Shown in pieces: positions 37,901 to 52,225 of a stretch of DNA of 64,000 bases. The notes under the pieces are model-generated. The model saw only the letters and a program-made list of their open reading frames with translations. It was not told the origin of the DNA and ran no database searches. This DNA is from Paragordius varius (lineage: Eukaryota > Animalia > Nematomorpha): positions 1,302,001-1,366,000 of the forward strand of contig OZ176056.1 of assembly GCA_964247055.1 (NCBI GenBank), read 5' to 3'. The translations under genes were made by a program, and so were the position numbers. The first letter of the stretch is position 1, and every line of letters begins with the position of its first letter.

Positions 37901-39025
37901 GCATTACTTGTATATTTTCAAAGAAAAACATTTTTCAGTAAAATTTTTATAAAGAGGTCGCATAATCAAAAAATCAAATTATACAAAATTCTTCCATCGA
38001 AATATAATTTTTATTTCAGGTTTACTGTTAAAATGATACTAAATATCAGAAAATGCAAAAAATCTAGTGGCAGAAAAATTTGTTGTCCGGTGTTATTAAT
38101 GGTAAATGGTGATTTATTAGGCTCAGCAACATGTAATTCTTATGGTTAAATTTACCAATTTAATAAAATATAAATAAAATATTTTTTATTAAGTTATATT
38201 ATTTAATATTTTTAGTGGCAGGTAAACGTTAATGATTAATTTTATATTGCAAATATTTTAATATTTCAATTTAAATACTGATGTTCAGGACAACCGCAAC
38301 CGCAATTTAATATGGAATTTATTATTTATTCAACGTAAAATGTATTTTTTTCAGTCTCTAATCATAGTAAAATAAATAAATTACCTTAATGCAAAAAACG
38401 GAAAAACTCAAAGAAAGATTTCTTACTATAAAAGACAACTCTTTCTTAAAATGTTGACATTTTATAAAGTCAACTCAGCCTTTCGTTTACAAAATGAAAA
38501 ATTGAGATTTAAATTGTATGATAAAAATATGAAAAAATGGGGAAAAATTAAGACAAAAGAATGATTGACAATGTGAGAAAACTTTTTTGGTACGTTTTGT
38601 CCGTATAGTTTCACAGAATTATATCTTACAACAATAAAGAACATGTTTTGATTCAAAAAGGTTAACGGATTTGACCTTTTTAAGATATAAATTTATAAAA
38701 TTAGCTAGTATGATTATATTTAGTGTAAATATTTGATCCTAACTACCTATTTTATATTCAAAATTATTGCCAGGATCTTTTGTTTGATGCAGTAAAAATA
38801 TGTAAATAATGTTTTAATCCAGTCATTACTTATTTTTTTGAGTCGCATTTAAAATTGCTTCATTTAAACTTATATATTAAGAGTAAAGTGAATATTGATA
38901 TTATACGGACCAAACGTAAAAATATAAAGACAAAATTTTTATTTCAAAAGACAACCATATTTTTTAAAACCATAAATTTATCCTATAAAAATCATTTAAT
39001 TCCAATAAAATACATAATTAATTAA

Positions 39026-39581
39026 CACTTCGATTCAATTTGGGGTATCTAAATACCCCAGACCAAATTAAATTTAAAATTTAAAAAAAAACTACTGAAG
39101 GAAACGGTCCTAATTTAAATTTATGCTTCTATCCCGATAAAAATTATATAAATAAGCTAAAATATCTCAATAAAATTTTGTTTTGAAAAAAAAGTTCCAT
39201 GTCAAACCACTTGGACGCCATTTTTATTTTAAAAATTTTTTGCAAAATATCGTGTTCATGTATTTTTCAAGGTATAGCTAAAGCTATTTTTTTATTTAAA
39301 TCACATTTAACACTGATATAAATTAAAACAGTGGTTTATTTTGTATTATTTTTCAATTTAGCCAATGCACATATGTCACGTTGACTAATTTTTTACCTTT
39401 GAGTTTTTCCTTAAAATAAGTAATATCAAGTATTTTTGAAAAATGTTCTTTATGTATTCCGGTTTATAAATGTTATGTAAGTGCAAAATTTTGCCATGGT
39501 TTCTAATCCTTTCATAATTTTAAAATTATTTAAATTTAAACAGGCCTGGGGTATCCAACTACCCCAATTTGAATCGAAGGA
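39026..39581. mobile_element. Non-autonomous TIR element, possibly piggyBac-like
   Basis: ~36-bp inverted repeats TTCGATTCAATTTGGGGTATCTAAATACCCCAGACC and GGCCTGGGGTATCCAACTACCCCAATTTGAATCGAA. TTAA lies on the left and CTAA on the right, which would be a degenerate TTAA TSD. Confidence 0.55.
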
Positions 39582-40495
39582 CTAAAATGAATGTGTTGTA
39601 TCCAAGTGTTAATTGTGTTTTCATTATACATCTCTATTACATTCTTTAAAGTTTGAAACAAGGAATTATACAGAAAAACTGAAATTATACGGACAAAATG
39701 TAAAAATATAAAGACAAATATTTTTTTTAAAAACAACCATACTTTTTTAAATCGAAATTTTGCCATATAAATTATTTACTTACAAAATATAAAATGTGTG
39801 ATTGATTGTGTTATCAATATATTTATATAACCTATTTTGCAATTTTTAACAATTATTAAAATCTTAAATATAAAATTTATAAAGTGTGGCTGTCTTTTAT
39901 AAAAAATATTTGTCTTTATATTTTTAGGTTTTGTCCGTGTAATTTCAATTTTTACTGTATTTAAATAAATTTAGATTTAAAAAGTATGGTTATCATTTAG
40001 AAAGAAAATATTTGTCTTTATATAATTACAATTTGTCCGTCTAATTTCAATTTTTACTGTATATTTAACATTCTAAACCGACAACTTTCCCAAGAAATTT
40101 GATAATAAATAAAAAAATACAGATTTATGTGCAAGAACTGTAAAATATCAAAAATATATCTTTAATTTTTAAAGGTTTAAAATAATTTCATTTTAATTGA
40201 TTTTATTGCTTTTTTCAAAGAGTTAACTAAAAATTGGAAAAATATATAAAATTTTAATATATTTTCTTTCATTACGAACAGAGTTTTGATAAGTTATTCA
40301 CCTAATATAACCATAAAAACATAAACTTTAGCCTTGTGATTTAATTTTTGTATGATTTTGCATTTTATTTTAGTATTTTATTTAAATAAGTTTTTTTTAC
40401 TAATTTTTTTAAAAAACGGTCACTTCAAAGATAATTTTTAATATTTTTAAATTATATAAAAATATAAATAACAATACATATTTTTAAACATTTAG

Positions 40496-42082
40496 CCACT
40501 GTACTCACAGGTAATACTCAAATATATTTTTACAATTAAAAATGTTGTAGATGGAGGTATATAATTTGATCAAAAAATTTTATGTTATGATAAAAATTGA
40601 TTATCAAATTAACCATATATTATCAAAAACTTTGTTTTATTTGGTTTTTTTTCTAAATTTTATTTATTTTGGAATAGTTGAAATCACTGAAGCAGCTAAA
40701 TTGGTTGAAACAATTCCTAATACTGGTAATAATATACAAATATAATTAAATATTTTTATATTTTTGTTTTGTAATTTCTATTTTTTAATATTACAATAAG
40801 TTAACATACTGCAAATCATATAAAATTATTTAATTGATATATTTACTTCGCTAAACTATTTCAAACCAATTAAAATCTATTTTGGAAATTTTTATATGTT
40901 TATTTAAAATAAATCTAATAATCAAGAAAATGGAGGCGAATTGGCTCAGTTAGAACCAGGTAATGACAAGTTAGTGTTAATTTTTGGTGGCAATTAACAA
41001 ATTTTAAAATTTGTTCAAATACCGTTGTTTTTAGAAACAATTTTACTTTTTATAAGTGTATTATACCCTACCTAAGCATTTTTGGTTTGTTCAAAAATTA
41101 AAAAAACATATTTAACTAAAACCAAATATTTAATCTTTATCAGGGCCCAGTGTGGATCCACCATTAACTGAAGGTATAATATATAATTCGGCTGTATCTA
41201 TTTATACATTATTTTATGGTAATATAAATGAGAGAGTTAAGAAATACTTGAAAAATAAAAATTAGCCTGTGCTTTTTATACTTTTTATCTGAAAACATGT
41301 ATTCTTTAGGTTCTGATAATACCATATCTGAAATTACCCCACAAAGCACATCAGGTTTTAATTAAAATACTAGCTAAATATTTTTATGATATGAATATTA
41401 TTTTTTCCAATTATATTTTAAACAGAGGCCACAGAACCCCAACCTGGACCATCTGGCCTTCAAAGAAGTAGATTTTTATAAAAAAAATTATTTTAGATAA
41501 TATGACCTTAGCCGTGCCCGCTTTTAAAATTTTGAAAATATCATATGTTATGGTGGATGTACATTTATGTTTAAAATAAATTTTTAGATAAAAAATTTGC
41601 AGTATTAATTTAATTAATATTACGTTTATTAATGTTTTATAATTTTTTTTAAATAATTTTAAAAAGCAAACTTTTTTAGCACATATATATTTTTTGTTAC
41701 CAAAGTTTTTTAACATATAAGCAGTTTAACCCTAAGTAGGCTAAATATTATATCAATTATGAAATGTATGAGTCCATATCACATTTATATAACATATACC
41801 AAATTATAAAAATGGATGTTCAAAAAGACTGACAATTTTTTAACCTTTTAATTAATATGCAAACAAAATAGACACCTCGTAGATGTATGACAGTTTACAA
41901 AACCATATTTTACATAAAAGTTGAAAAATAATCATGAAATATTAATTTTGGCTAATTTATATTATCTTTGTAAAGATTAAAGCATAAACTTAGAGGTCAG
42001 TTGACCGATATTTAAAATTTTAGGCCGAAATTAAGTTAGTTCTTAAGATTCTATTTTAATTTTACTGATTCCAGTTCTATTG

Positions 42083-42116
<34 letters not shown>

Positions 42117-45100
42117 CCATAAATTTAGGCTCTGATGTAGTTGACAATGATTTAAGCGGTATAATTTACATTTTAATTCAAAAAAGAAATATTAATATTT
42201 CAAAAGCCGATTTTTCCAAATAATGAAAAAATTGTTTAAATTTAGAGATTATTTTATATGTATTAAGTAATCAGACTTCATTTTTTGTTTGGTTAATTTA
42301 TAAAATAAATTTCAAAAAATAAAATTGGATATTCAGCACTTTAACATAAGTGAAGTAATTATATAGAGTCATTTGATATCGTAAATTCCCTTTAGTTAAG
42401 CTTAATATATTTAGAAAAGATAGATATTAACCAAAAAACTTTTCATTCCAACAAAATAACACATAAAATACCGCTATCAAATATTTCAGATCGGAAAAAT
42501 TTGACTTAAATACGATTAAGGTAGAATTCAATTTATAATTTGTTTCTCATATCAATTAGAACTTCAACCAAGTAAACTATTTATAATATTTACATAAGGC
42601 AAAAGATTCAAAACTAGCCATGCCAGAATCGTTCAAGGTAAAATCCAAAAAAATAATATTTTTTAATTTTTTTTTGAAAATTTTTTTTATATCATTTCAC
42701 ATTTAAAGGCCGGCAAATATTGGAGCGTATGTGTTTTAAATTTGATTTTCTTACATATTAAATATTTGAAGTTAATTGTGCAATTTTCGAAAACCATTTT
42801 TACAAATATTAATACATCTTTTATTTTAATTATATATGAACCATATATAGATGTCGAGAATTTAAACACTGGTATTTAGTTATTTATTGATATATTAATT
42901 ATATTTATATTATGATTTTTTTTAAAAATTATTTTTTAAATTCGCAGAAGGATCTAATCTTATGGAAGGTGATATGTCTTTAGTTAATTTTAAAATCTAC
43001 AATTGATATAGGGAAAAAATTAAAATTATAAAAGACAAAACATAGCGCTTCGAACCAGACCGACAAAAGTGTTACTTATGTCAGAATTATATTGGTTAGA
43101 ATGTAATCGGGTTGTAAAAAATTATAATCTAAAAACCGAAATGGCTTTTAAATTTAGTTAACTAGACTGAGTCCTTAAAAGTCATGGTGGATTAGGAACC
43201 GTTTTATAGCATTTAAACCGATCTCTTAGATTACAACTGACTTTTTATACATTGGCTTTAATAGAATATAATATTTTTAAAATTTATTGCAAGAATCATG
43301 ATAGAAAATACAAATTTAATGTATAATTTATTCATTCCACATTCTATGAATTATTTAGTTTTATTGAATTGCAATGAGCAATTTATTAAAGTACTTCTTA
43401 AATCAAATATTAAATTTGTCTAGAAATGTAGTTTAAACACCCAATCTACTAAAAACTTGAGTCGCTTATATGGTCATTATATTGTTTGGCAATTTTAATA
43501 AATCAGTCAGCTTCATATTTTCCCACTTTTTCTTATAGGCGTAGTTTGTGAATTTATACCTCTTGTACGCTTTTAAGAGACTTATGCATTTGTATAAAAC
43601 CAATAGATTAATTAACACCGCAGTCCTAAAAGTGCTTTTTACGGCCCGTTAAAATTTGTACTTATTTGAAATACAAATATCAGGTGCAAATCATAAAATT
43701 TTTATCAGTAAATGGATAGGCCAGTTCCCTAATGCAAAAATAAAAAATAGAATGTTTTGGGTTTTAAACTCTTTTATCTAAAATGCAAAACACTATTAAC
43801 CATATTTGTAGTTTAAGAAACTCCAAAATTCACTCACTGAATTTTTAGATCACTTTTACTATAATAATAGGAGTTTAAAACTTTATAGTAGCTAGTATAT
43901 TTTAATTTTTTTAAATATAATTTGATTTTCAAAAATCCCCTCTAATTATTATTATACCATTTTCAGTCAAAATCAATTTGACCAAATGTAACATTTTTAG
44001 TCTATCAACAATTTTACCAAACACAACATTTTTTCAACTAAAAGAAACATTTTTAATTTCGTTTGGAAGGAAAATGTTGCGTTTGGTTAAAAAATGTTGT
44101 TTTTGACTGAAAAATGGTTTATAGAATTATATGTAAGACGGAATAACTTAAAAAAGATTTTTTATGATTATATGATGTATTTTTCCCAAGAACTACTGAA
44201 GACTCTAAAGTTATATTATCAAATGTTACCGCTTTTAACCCAATGACCTCTTATTTTTAATCAAAATGGCTTTGTGTTACAATATACTCTTCAATACAAT
44301 CCAGGGTCTAATCTTAATTACATCATTTTATGTTTTATTTTGTAGCAATTTTAATTTTTATTTAAATATTTTTTATTAAAATTATCCATATATATCATTA
44401 GAATCAAAAAACCTTTTGGAGGAAACGCGAAATATTAGTAATATTTATATTGTTTCATATAAGTAGCATACATTTTAAAATATTTTATTTCGTGATTAGG
44501 TCCACATAATATAAGTAATTATGGCAATATTTATTCTTTGATAATATAATTTTAAATAAAACAAAAAATTTGGGAGAGATCGGGCTAAAATTGGTAATTT
44601 TTACAATTTATTAAATATAAAAGCTTTACTAACAATAATTTTCTAATCGACGATATTATTATAATAATAAAAATGATTTATATAATCATTTTTGTGTATT
44701 AATTGTCGACATTAGTATGAAATCACCTAAATTATTTATAACAATATACTTAATTAAAATATTTTTAGCTGAAAAATTAAAATCAGTTTTTAAAATATTT
44801 AAGCCATTAATGACTTTCCAACCGCTTATATAGGATTAAAATTGTTAAATATTTTTTTAAAAAATGAAAGTTTTTTACTTTCCAAGTACTCTTTAATATA
44901 GAGCCTATAAGTTAGATTACATTTTTGTGTTTTGTTAATTCAATATTTATGTAATCTATTTTATAGATGGCATGAAAATATCCATAAAATGTATGCCTTA
45001 TAAAAAATTGAAAAATTTTCAACTAAATTAATAAATTATATATATATTAAATTTAGCATTGAAAGAGCATATTAGCAGTATATTTTTTGCATGGCTAATT

Positions 45101-45143
45101 TTGTTACAGACTTTAAAATATAAAAATAATATTTTTGGCTTTA

Positions 45144-45188
<45 letters not shown>

Positions 45189-46532
45189 TATGATGGACAC
45201 TATTCAAGGTGAAATAAAGCTTTCTTTTTAACAAACCAAAAATTTCCAAAAAAGTGTCATTTAGGCTTTAAATAATATTTTTATATGAAAATTAATTATT
45301 AGCTTTCTATTTTATTATTTATCAGTTTAGTAATTACAGTAAAAAATGGAATTACACGGTCAAAACGTACATATTTTTTCTAAAAAACAACCATACTATA
45401 AAATCTTATTTTTTTTATTTTTAAGTCATCTTATGAATATTGGAAAAACAATCAATTTTATATTTTACAGTGGTAAATAAATATTTTATATAAGAAAAAT
45501 CAAGGTATTAATAAGTATGGTTGTATTTTGAAATAACATTTAGTCTGTATAATTCAATTTTTACTGTATTAAAAGTTAATCACAATATAGGGATATTTAT
45601 AGTTTTAATTTGAAAGAACATCCACGAAATTTTTCATTAATACAAAAAAAATTAATTGGGTTTAATAAAAAAATACTTTAAAAATTTGGTTTTAATTTAT
45701 AAAAAGCAACAAATTTTTATCCATTTAACAACAAAGGATCCTTATATAGCGGGCTTCATTTTTTCATAATTATGCTATCTTAAATTAGATTTAATCGACA
45801 AAGCAAATGAAAGTAAATAATTTTAATATAATTATTATTAATTATTAAATAAAATTGAAAAAAATATATTATCAAAAAACTTGACAAATTACATAATTAA
45901 TTAAATAATTTTATCTTTTAAAATATTATTAATTAAAATATATTTAAAAATCTGGTTATATGGCATAATTTTAATTATTAATTTTATTTTTTTAGGTGTC
46001 ATGATTCCACAAGCAGAAGTTGAAAGTAATATATTTATTATAAAATTTTTAAAAATAATTTGATTTTTTTTATTTATTTTTATTAAAATTTATTATATCA
46101 GTTGTAATATAAGCTAATTATAATCCTGTCATACATAATGTAAAAATCACTAAATAAAATACGGAATAGAAAATTTGAAACCCATGTATAAATTGACTGT
46201 AAAATTGTATGTACAATTTATTTCCTATGATAAAGAAAAAAATATTTATTTAATATTAATTATGAGTTCTTTATTTTATTTGTTATTCATTATACTCGAT
46301 AATAATCAATATAAATTCTAATTTGGCAAAATAAACTATTTTTTTATGATAATCCTAGATGCATTAGGCTTAGAGGATCCTGATATATCAAAAGGTATAT
46401 ATAGATAACAATAAACTATAACACACAGTATTAAACACTATCAATATATATTTTATCATACTGTATATAAAATTCCTAATTTTAGAAGTTTTGGAAGAAG
46501 CCATTAGAAATCTAAAGCCGGCGCCTGAATAA
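40496..46532 (+). CDS. Candidate micro-exon gene, copy B (3' part)
   Basis: Phase-1 3n exons: 40496-40510, 40551-40556, 40678-40725, 40927-40959, 41144-41173, 41310-41354, 41426-41467, 42129-42158, 42599-42637, 42948-42968, 43684-43707, 44402-44437, 44500-44514, 44579-44593, 44967-44990, 45188-45208, 45789-45812, 45996-46025, 46359-46394, then terminal 46486-46532 (EVLEEAIRNLKPAPE*). Length differences from copy A inside exons are +3 and +6 nt, which preserve frame. Confidence 0.55.
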
Positions 46533-46800
46533 TTTATTTGTCATATATAATATTTTTGGAAGATTTTCCATATAAATATTATCGATTAAATAATGTAGCA
46601 AAACTATTCACTAAATTATTTTTCCAATAAATATAATTAATATCTTTATATATCTAAAATTGAAGAGAAATATAAAACAAATACTAATGTAACCTGTAAA
46701 ATACAATTAAAAACAAAAATTCCATTGGCCTCAGAAAAAATATATAGCGATAAATACTTTTCGAAACGGAGCATAACATTTACAAATAATTGATTTAACC

Positions 46801-47022
46801 AAGGGATGTCCAACAGGGGGCCCGCGAAATATTCGGAAAATCATAATTAACAATCTTATTAAAATTTATGTTTAAACAATATTTCTACATATACATCTAC
46901 CCGATTGGCAAAAACTGGAAAAAATTGTTTTTACATATGAAATTTAATAAATTATATATAAATGCCCATATATATATATATATTAAATGCGGCCCGCGAA
47001 ATATTTGCCTTGGACACCCCTG
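46801..47022. mobile_element. hAT-like MITE
   Basis: Ends AAGGGATGTCCAA and TTGGACACCCCTG (a CAGGGGTGTCCAA-type TIR), with subterminal GCGGCCCGCG motifs. The 8-bp flanks ATTTAACC and ATTTAAAT match at 6 of 8 positions. A more decayed orthologous copy is at ~7490-7672. Confidence 0.65.
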
Positions 47023-48388
47023 ATTTAAATTATAAACATAATTCTAGTTTGTCCATTTATCTCCCCTTTAATTTTTATATTTTTTAAGCAATATTCTTTG
47101 ATCTATAATACCGCTGTTCTTGAATGTTACCTCAATAAATAAACATTTCTTTCATTTTATGCATCTGGAATACTAGATAAAATTTGGGGATTTTGTACGT
47201 CAGATTCATGAATTATAAAAAATAATTTAAAATTTATTAGAAAAAAGTTATTTGTATGAGTTCTATAAATTTATAGAAAACACTTAAATTCACATTTAAA
47301 ACCAGCAACTTCCAAAACTAAATACATTTTCTGTACGAGATGGCATGCTGGGGGTGGTTTCCTAGTTCAGAGCTTTTAGGAAACATATCCAGTTTTGAAA
47401 TCTGTCTGGCTAAAATTTATTTTTAACGCCTCTTCTAGATAAAAAAATTGTATTTTTTACATTATCTTTTATAATCCAAACGGATATCTCCAAAACATGA
47501 ATGAAGCAAGTAGCTGATATTAGATATATATCAAAAATTTCCCTGTAATCCTAATGTTTATATATCATGATATACATTTACCTGCCTGCTCTATTCGCGA
47601 TTTAAAAAAATGGAAAAAAGTCACAGAAAAGTTTATGGGGATTTTTAACATATTTATTCTAAAAAATTTATTATAGCATGCGCCTAAGAGGCTAAAAAAG
47701 CACATTATTAAATTTAGCCTAATGCTAAAATTATTTTTGAGATATTTTGGGCACTGAGTTGTAAAACAACCCCAACATAACGTGCTATAATGAAAAAATT
47801 AAAGTAAATTTATATTTTTTAACAATTATATGGCAAAAAATAAGGTTTAATTCAGTTTTTAATCAACTCTGTTAAATAAAAAATTTTGACATCTGTATTA
47901 AAGCCATATAATAATTTTCAAGATATGGATCAGCATTTGAAAACTTGCATATAGAGAAATAAATTATCCTATGAAAATTGTAAGAGCGGTCAAAAAAATA
48001 ATAGGCGTAAATCGAAATTACCAAACATATATATTAAAATAATTGACATAATCATTTTTTGATCTTGAATTTACAATATTATTTGACTAAGTATTTATTT
48101 AATTTTGCAATAATTTGCCATAATTTATCAAGAAATCATAAGTAATAACCTTGAAGAATAATTTTGATATATATTTAAATATTTTTTTCTTAACCAATCT
48201 CCTAATAATGCCTATGGCGAAAATTTGAAAACAATAAATTATTTTTACTTCCACATTATTTTACGATGATTTTCACATCATTTACAAAACTACCCATGTT
48301 ATCTTATAATAAATTGGCACAGCTTCAATATCATACAATCACGTAAAAACGCGTGTTTTTTCGCTTTAAATTATTATAATCAAATTTT

Positions 48389-51120
48389 ATGTCATCCGAT
48401 ATAAGTGTTTTGGATACATCGATCAATAATATAAGTACTTCAAAACATGGTTCGCTTACGCTATCCAATCCCGAAGAATTTGTTATAAAATTTGGGGGAA
48501 CCACTCTAATTCAAAAGGTAATTTTTATAATGTTTAAATTTAGATCCTTATTGCCAACAATGGTATAGCTGCGGTTAAATGTATGCGATCTATTCGAAGA
48601 TGGGCATACGAAATGTTTCGAAACGAACGAGCGATAAAATTTGTTGTCATGGTGACTCCCGAAGATTTAAAAGCTAATGCTGGTAAAATATACGTCATTA
48701 TAAGAAAAACAATTATATTCAAAATTACTTTTTTTTATTTTGACTCTGATTAATTTAATATTCGGCTTGTTTTTTATCTATAGTTTACATTTTTTAATAG
48801 GATATATTCGGAAATTGAAATTTGAATCAAAAATTAATTTATTGACGTAATTTAATTTTCAATTTTTCTATTATGAGTGTAACCCTCTTTATAATCACCT
48901 CATATATAAGATTTTCTAATAAAATAATTAACCTCTGGTGTTTTTCATGAACTTTATAATTTTAATTAAACCCTAATATAATCATAAGTGAACCTCTTCC
49001 CGAATTTTTGTAGGTATTTAAAACGCTCTAATCCATCATTTAATCTAAATTATTTTAAATTTTAACTAAAATAATTATTATTTTATATCATAACAAAAGA
49101 TTAAATTTTAAATCTCACAATTCAACTTTAATATATTCCTTGAAAAAGCATGATTGATGCGTATAATAATTATCTATTTTTCCCGCATTCGAGGTCCTTC
49201 CGAGGAGATTATCTCAATAAATTAAAATATAAATAATTATAAAGTGAATACCATCTCTTAGTTTTCCAAATTTAAATATTTCTTCCTTTCATCCATATAT
49301 ATTTATATCCACCCCCTTAATAATATGAATATGAATATAGAGTATATAAAAATGGCGGATCAATATGTCCCGGTTCCAGGCGGTTCCAACAATCACAATT
49401 ACGCCAACGTTGAACTCATTGTAGAGATTTGTGTGCGGACGGGGGCTGATGCAGTTTGGGCCGGTTGGGGTCATGCCAGTGAGAATCCGGCCCTGCCTTT
49501 CGCTTTAGCGGACCGCTGTCTGGCTTTCTTGGGCCCATCGGCATTTGCTATGCATGCCCTGGGCGATAAAATAGCCTCCACGCTGATTGCACAAAGCGCG
49601 CATGTTCCTACCCTGGCTTGGAGTGGATCAGGTTTAGATTTTTAAGATCTGAATTGAGGTTTTGTGGTTTTTTTGAGGGGTGGATTTAAAGGTTAAAAAT
49701 ACCGAAGGGTTAAATGGTTTTGTGAGTTTTTGTTAGGTTTTAAAGGTTGAAATGTAGTTTTAACGGTTAAAAATACCGAAGGTTAATATGGTATTGTGAG
49801 TTAGTTTTGGCTAAGAAATGAATATATAAGGTAATGAATGATTATAGAATTTTAAGGGGAGTTTTTCAATACGGTTAAAAATACCGAAAGGTTTAAATGG
49901 TTTTGTTAGTTTTTTTTTGCTAAGAAATTGAATATATAAGGTAATGCTTTTTTGAATTTAAAGGGGAGTTTTCCAATAAATATTTTTTGTTTTATTGGGG
50001 AATTTTGGCTCTTTTAAACTTTAAACCTATAAGTTTGGCGTACGTTTCTATTCTGATTTGATGGGGATTAGTCAATCTTCTAATATTTTTAAATGATTTA
50101 TGAAATGTCAAAGAATTAGAATATAAGCTAACCTGTTTTCAACTGCTTTGAAAAATATATATGATATTGTGCATATAATTTTAAGGTAAGAACCAATATA
50201 TGGTTGAATGGTAAAAAATATTGTTGTATTGAAATAAATTATGGTTATATTTTATAATTTTAATGTTGCAAACTTTGTCACAATTATTATACCTTGAATG
50301 AGACTTATATCGCCCTAAATTTTTATAATTATATCGGAATATTGAGGAACCCTTTTGTCATACCCTAATATAATGCATTTTTTTTTAAAGCAAATCTAAA
50401 AGTATATTTATGTTATATCATCATATTGAGATTATCAAATTTAATACCGTTTTTTAGTTAATTGACAGTAAAAATTGAAATTATGCAGATAAAACATAAG
50501 ATCTAAAAGACAAATTTATTTTCCAAAAGACTTATATTGCTGTATTTTGATTTTGAATTTAATTTATTGTTTTGGGTTGCAAAAAATAAAGATATAAATT
50601 GCTACGTAACTTAATTATAATTTAAAGTTGTGATTCGGTTTATGTGAGAAAAATCCAGCAGTCTTTTAAAAAAATTGTCTTTTTTTTATGTTTTATCCAT
50701 TTTTTAATCAAAATAATCTTATTATTGAAACTTAAATCCAGGCATAGAGATTGAAAATTTAGAGGTCAAAAGTCGCTCCCTACAACAAAGTATAAATGCC
50801 GAACATTTTGTTAATCAATCCCTCATGCCAAAAAGTATTACTGTTTCAACAACCAAACAAATAACCAATGCAGGAAATAATGTTTCTACTTCAGCGTCGC
50901 AAAACGCTGCGACATATTATGATTTGGATAATTTGAATAACCTGATTCCAACGGAAATTTATGAATCGGCTTGTATCTCAAACTGTGAACAAGGATTACA
51001 AGTTTATAGAGATTTTTTTTCGAGTTTCCTGGGGTTTTTAAGGGTTTTTTTAAAAATTTTAATAATTTTTGAATATATTAATTTTTTGAAGGTTTTATGT
51101 CAATAGTTTAGTTATGATAA

Positions 51121-51151
<31 letters not shown>

Positions 51152-51919
51152 GCGAATTTATGAGTTATGATGTTTAAAAACCAATGAAGAATAACATTTT
51201 TCCTGTATAAAACTATTTTCATATCTTTGATTTTAGCTTTAAAACCTTTGTAATTAAGAAAAATTTAAAATTAACTAATTACCAAATATCTATCATTTTT
51301 CGCTTGTATCGCCAATCAAAACGAAATATATTATATCAAAAAAATCAAGTTAAAACAAAATTTTGTTTAAAAGAAATGGCATTTATATCAGGTTTTTAAT
51401 ATTTGAACAAAAAATTTTTTAGATGAGCAAAAAAATTGGATACCCCATTATGATTAAAGCTTCTGAAGGTGGCGGAGGTAAAGGAATACGTAAAGTATTA
51501 AAACCTGAAGATTTTCCAATAGCTTTTAAACAGGTATCAATTTTTATTTTTTTAGCGATAAATATAATTTTTTTAATTGGGAAAATTCTATTAATTTGTT
51601 TTCACAATCTCTAAAATAGGTTTTAAAAACAGTTAATGACAAATAATTTTTTATCCCTTTAGAAATTTATTAGCTAAAAATTTGTGTCAATATAATCGAC
51701 TTAAAATAAAGAAATTGATTCATTTATTAAGTAATTGGAAATTATCATAAATGATGTTTAATTTTTTTTTGCTTACCAATTATGTTACTAATTTTCATTA
51801 ATTTACATCTCTATACCTTGTTGTGCATCGTCAATTAAGTTTCCTCTTTAAAAAACCATCCATCTGTTTATATTTATATAATTTAAGTTTAAATCAGTAT
51901 GTTAATTAAAAAAGATATT

Positions 51920-51954
<35 letters not shown>

Positions 51955-52185
51955 ATTTACAGTTTAAATCCCTTGAACAATTCAAATTCACCCCAAACGA
52001 TTTAAATTCACCCCGAACACTTTTAATTCACTCTAGAAATAAATTATGTGTTTTCAAACTAATATAACTCATCATTAAAATGAAAATATTTTTATGGCAT
52101 AGTTTAATTTTTAAAAAACATATTTTAGATGAATTTGAATTATTCTAGGGTGATTGAATTGTTTAAGGGTGAATTTGAATTGTAA

Positions 52186-52225
<40 letters not shown>

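Larger units (their letters stand above)
29468..38221 (+). other. Candidate upstream micro-exons of the copy-B micro-exon gene (single copy, unconfirmed)
   Basis: Phase-1, 3n, AG..GT-bounded open islands at 29468-29503, 31359-31385, 31532-31552, 32409-32474, 34710-34724, 35853-35864, 36698-36709, 36772-36789, 38121-38132 and 38216-38221. There is no second copy to confirm them and chance matches are plausible. No start exon was identified. Confidence 0.3.

Noticed and set aside
29852-45249. Assorted 60-101 aa Ile/Phe/Lys/Asn-rich ORFs in the track (and similar ones at 1726, 2250, 9494, 11209)
   Set aside because: Their composition mirrors AT-rich non-coding DNA, they have no recognisable motifs, and several are disrupted or altered in the duplicate copy.
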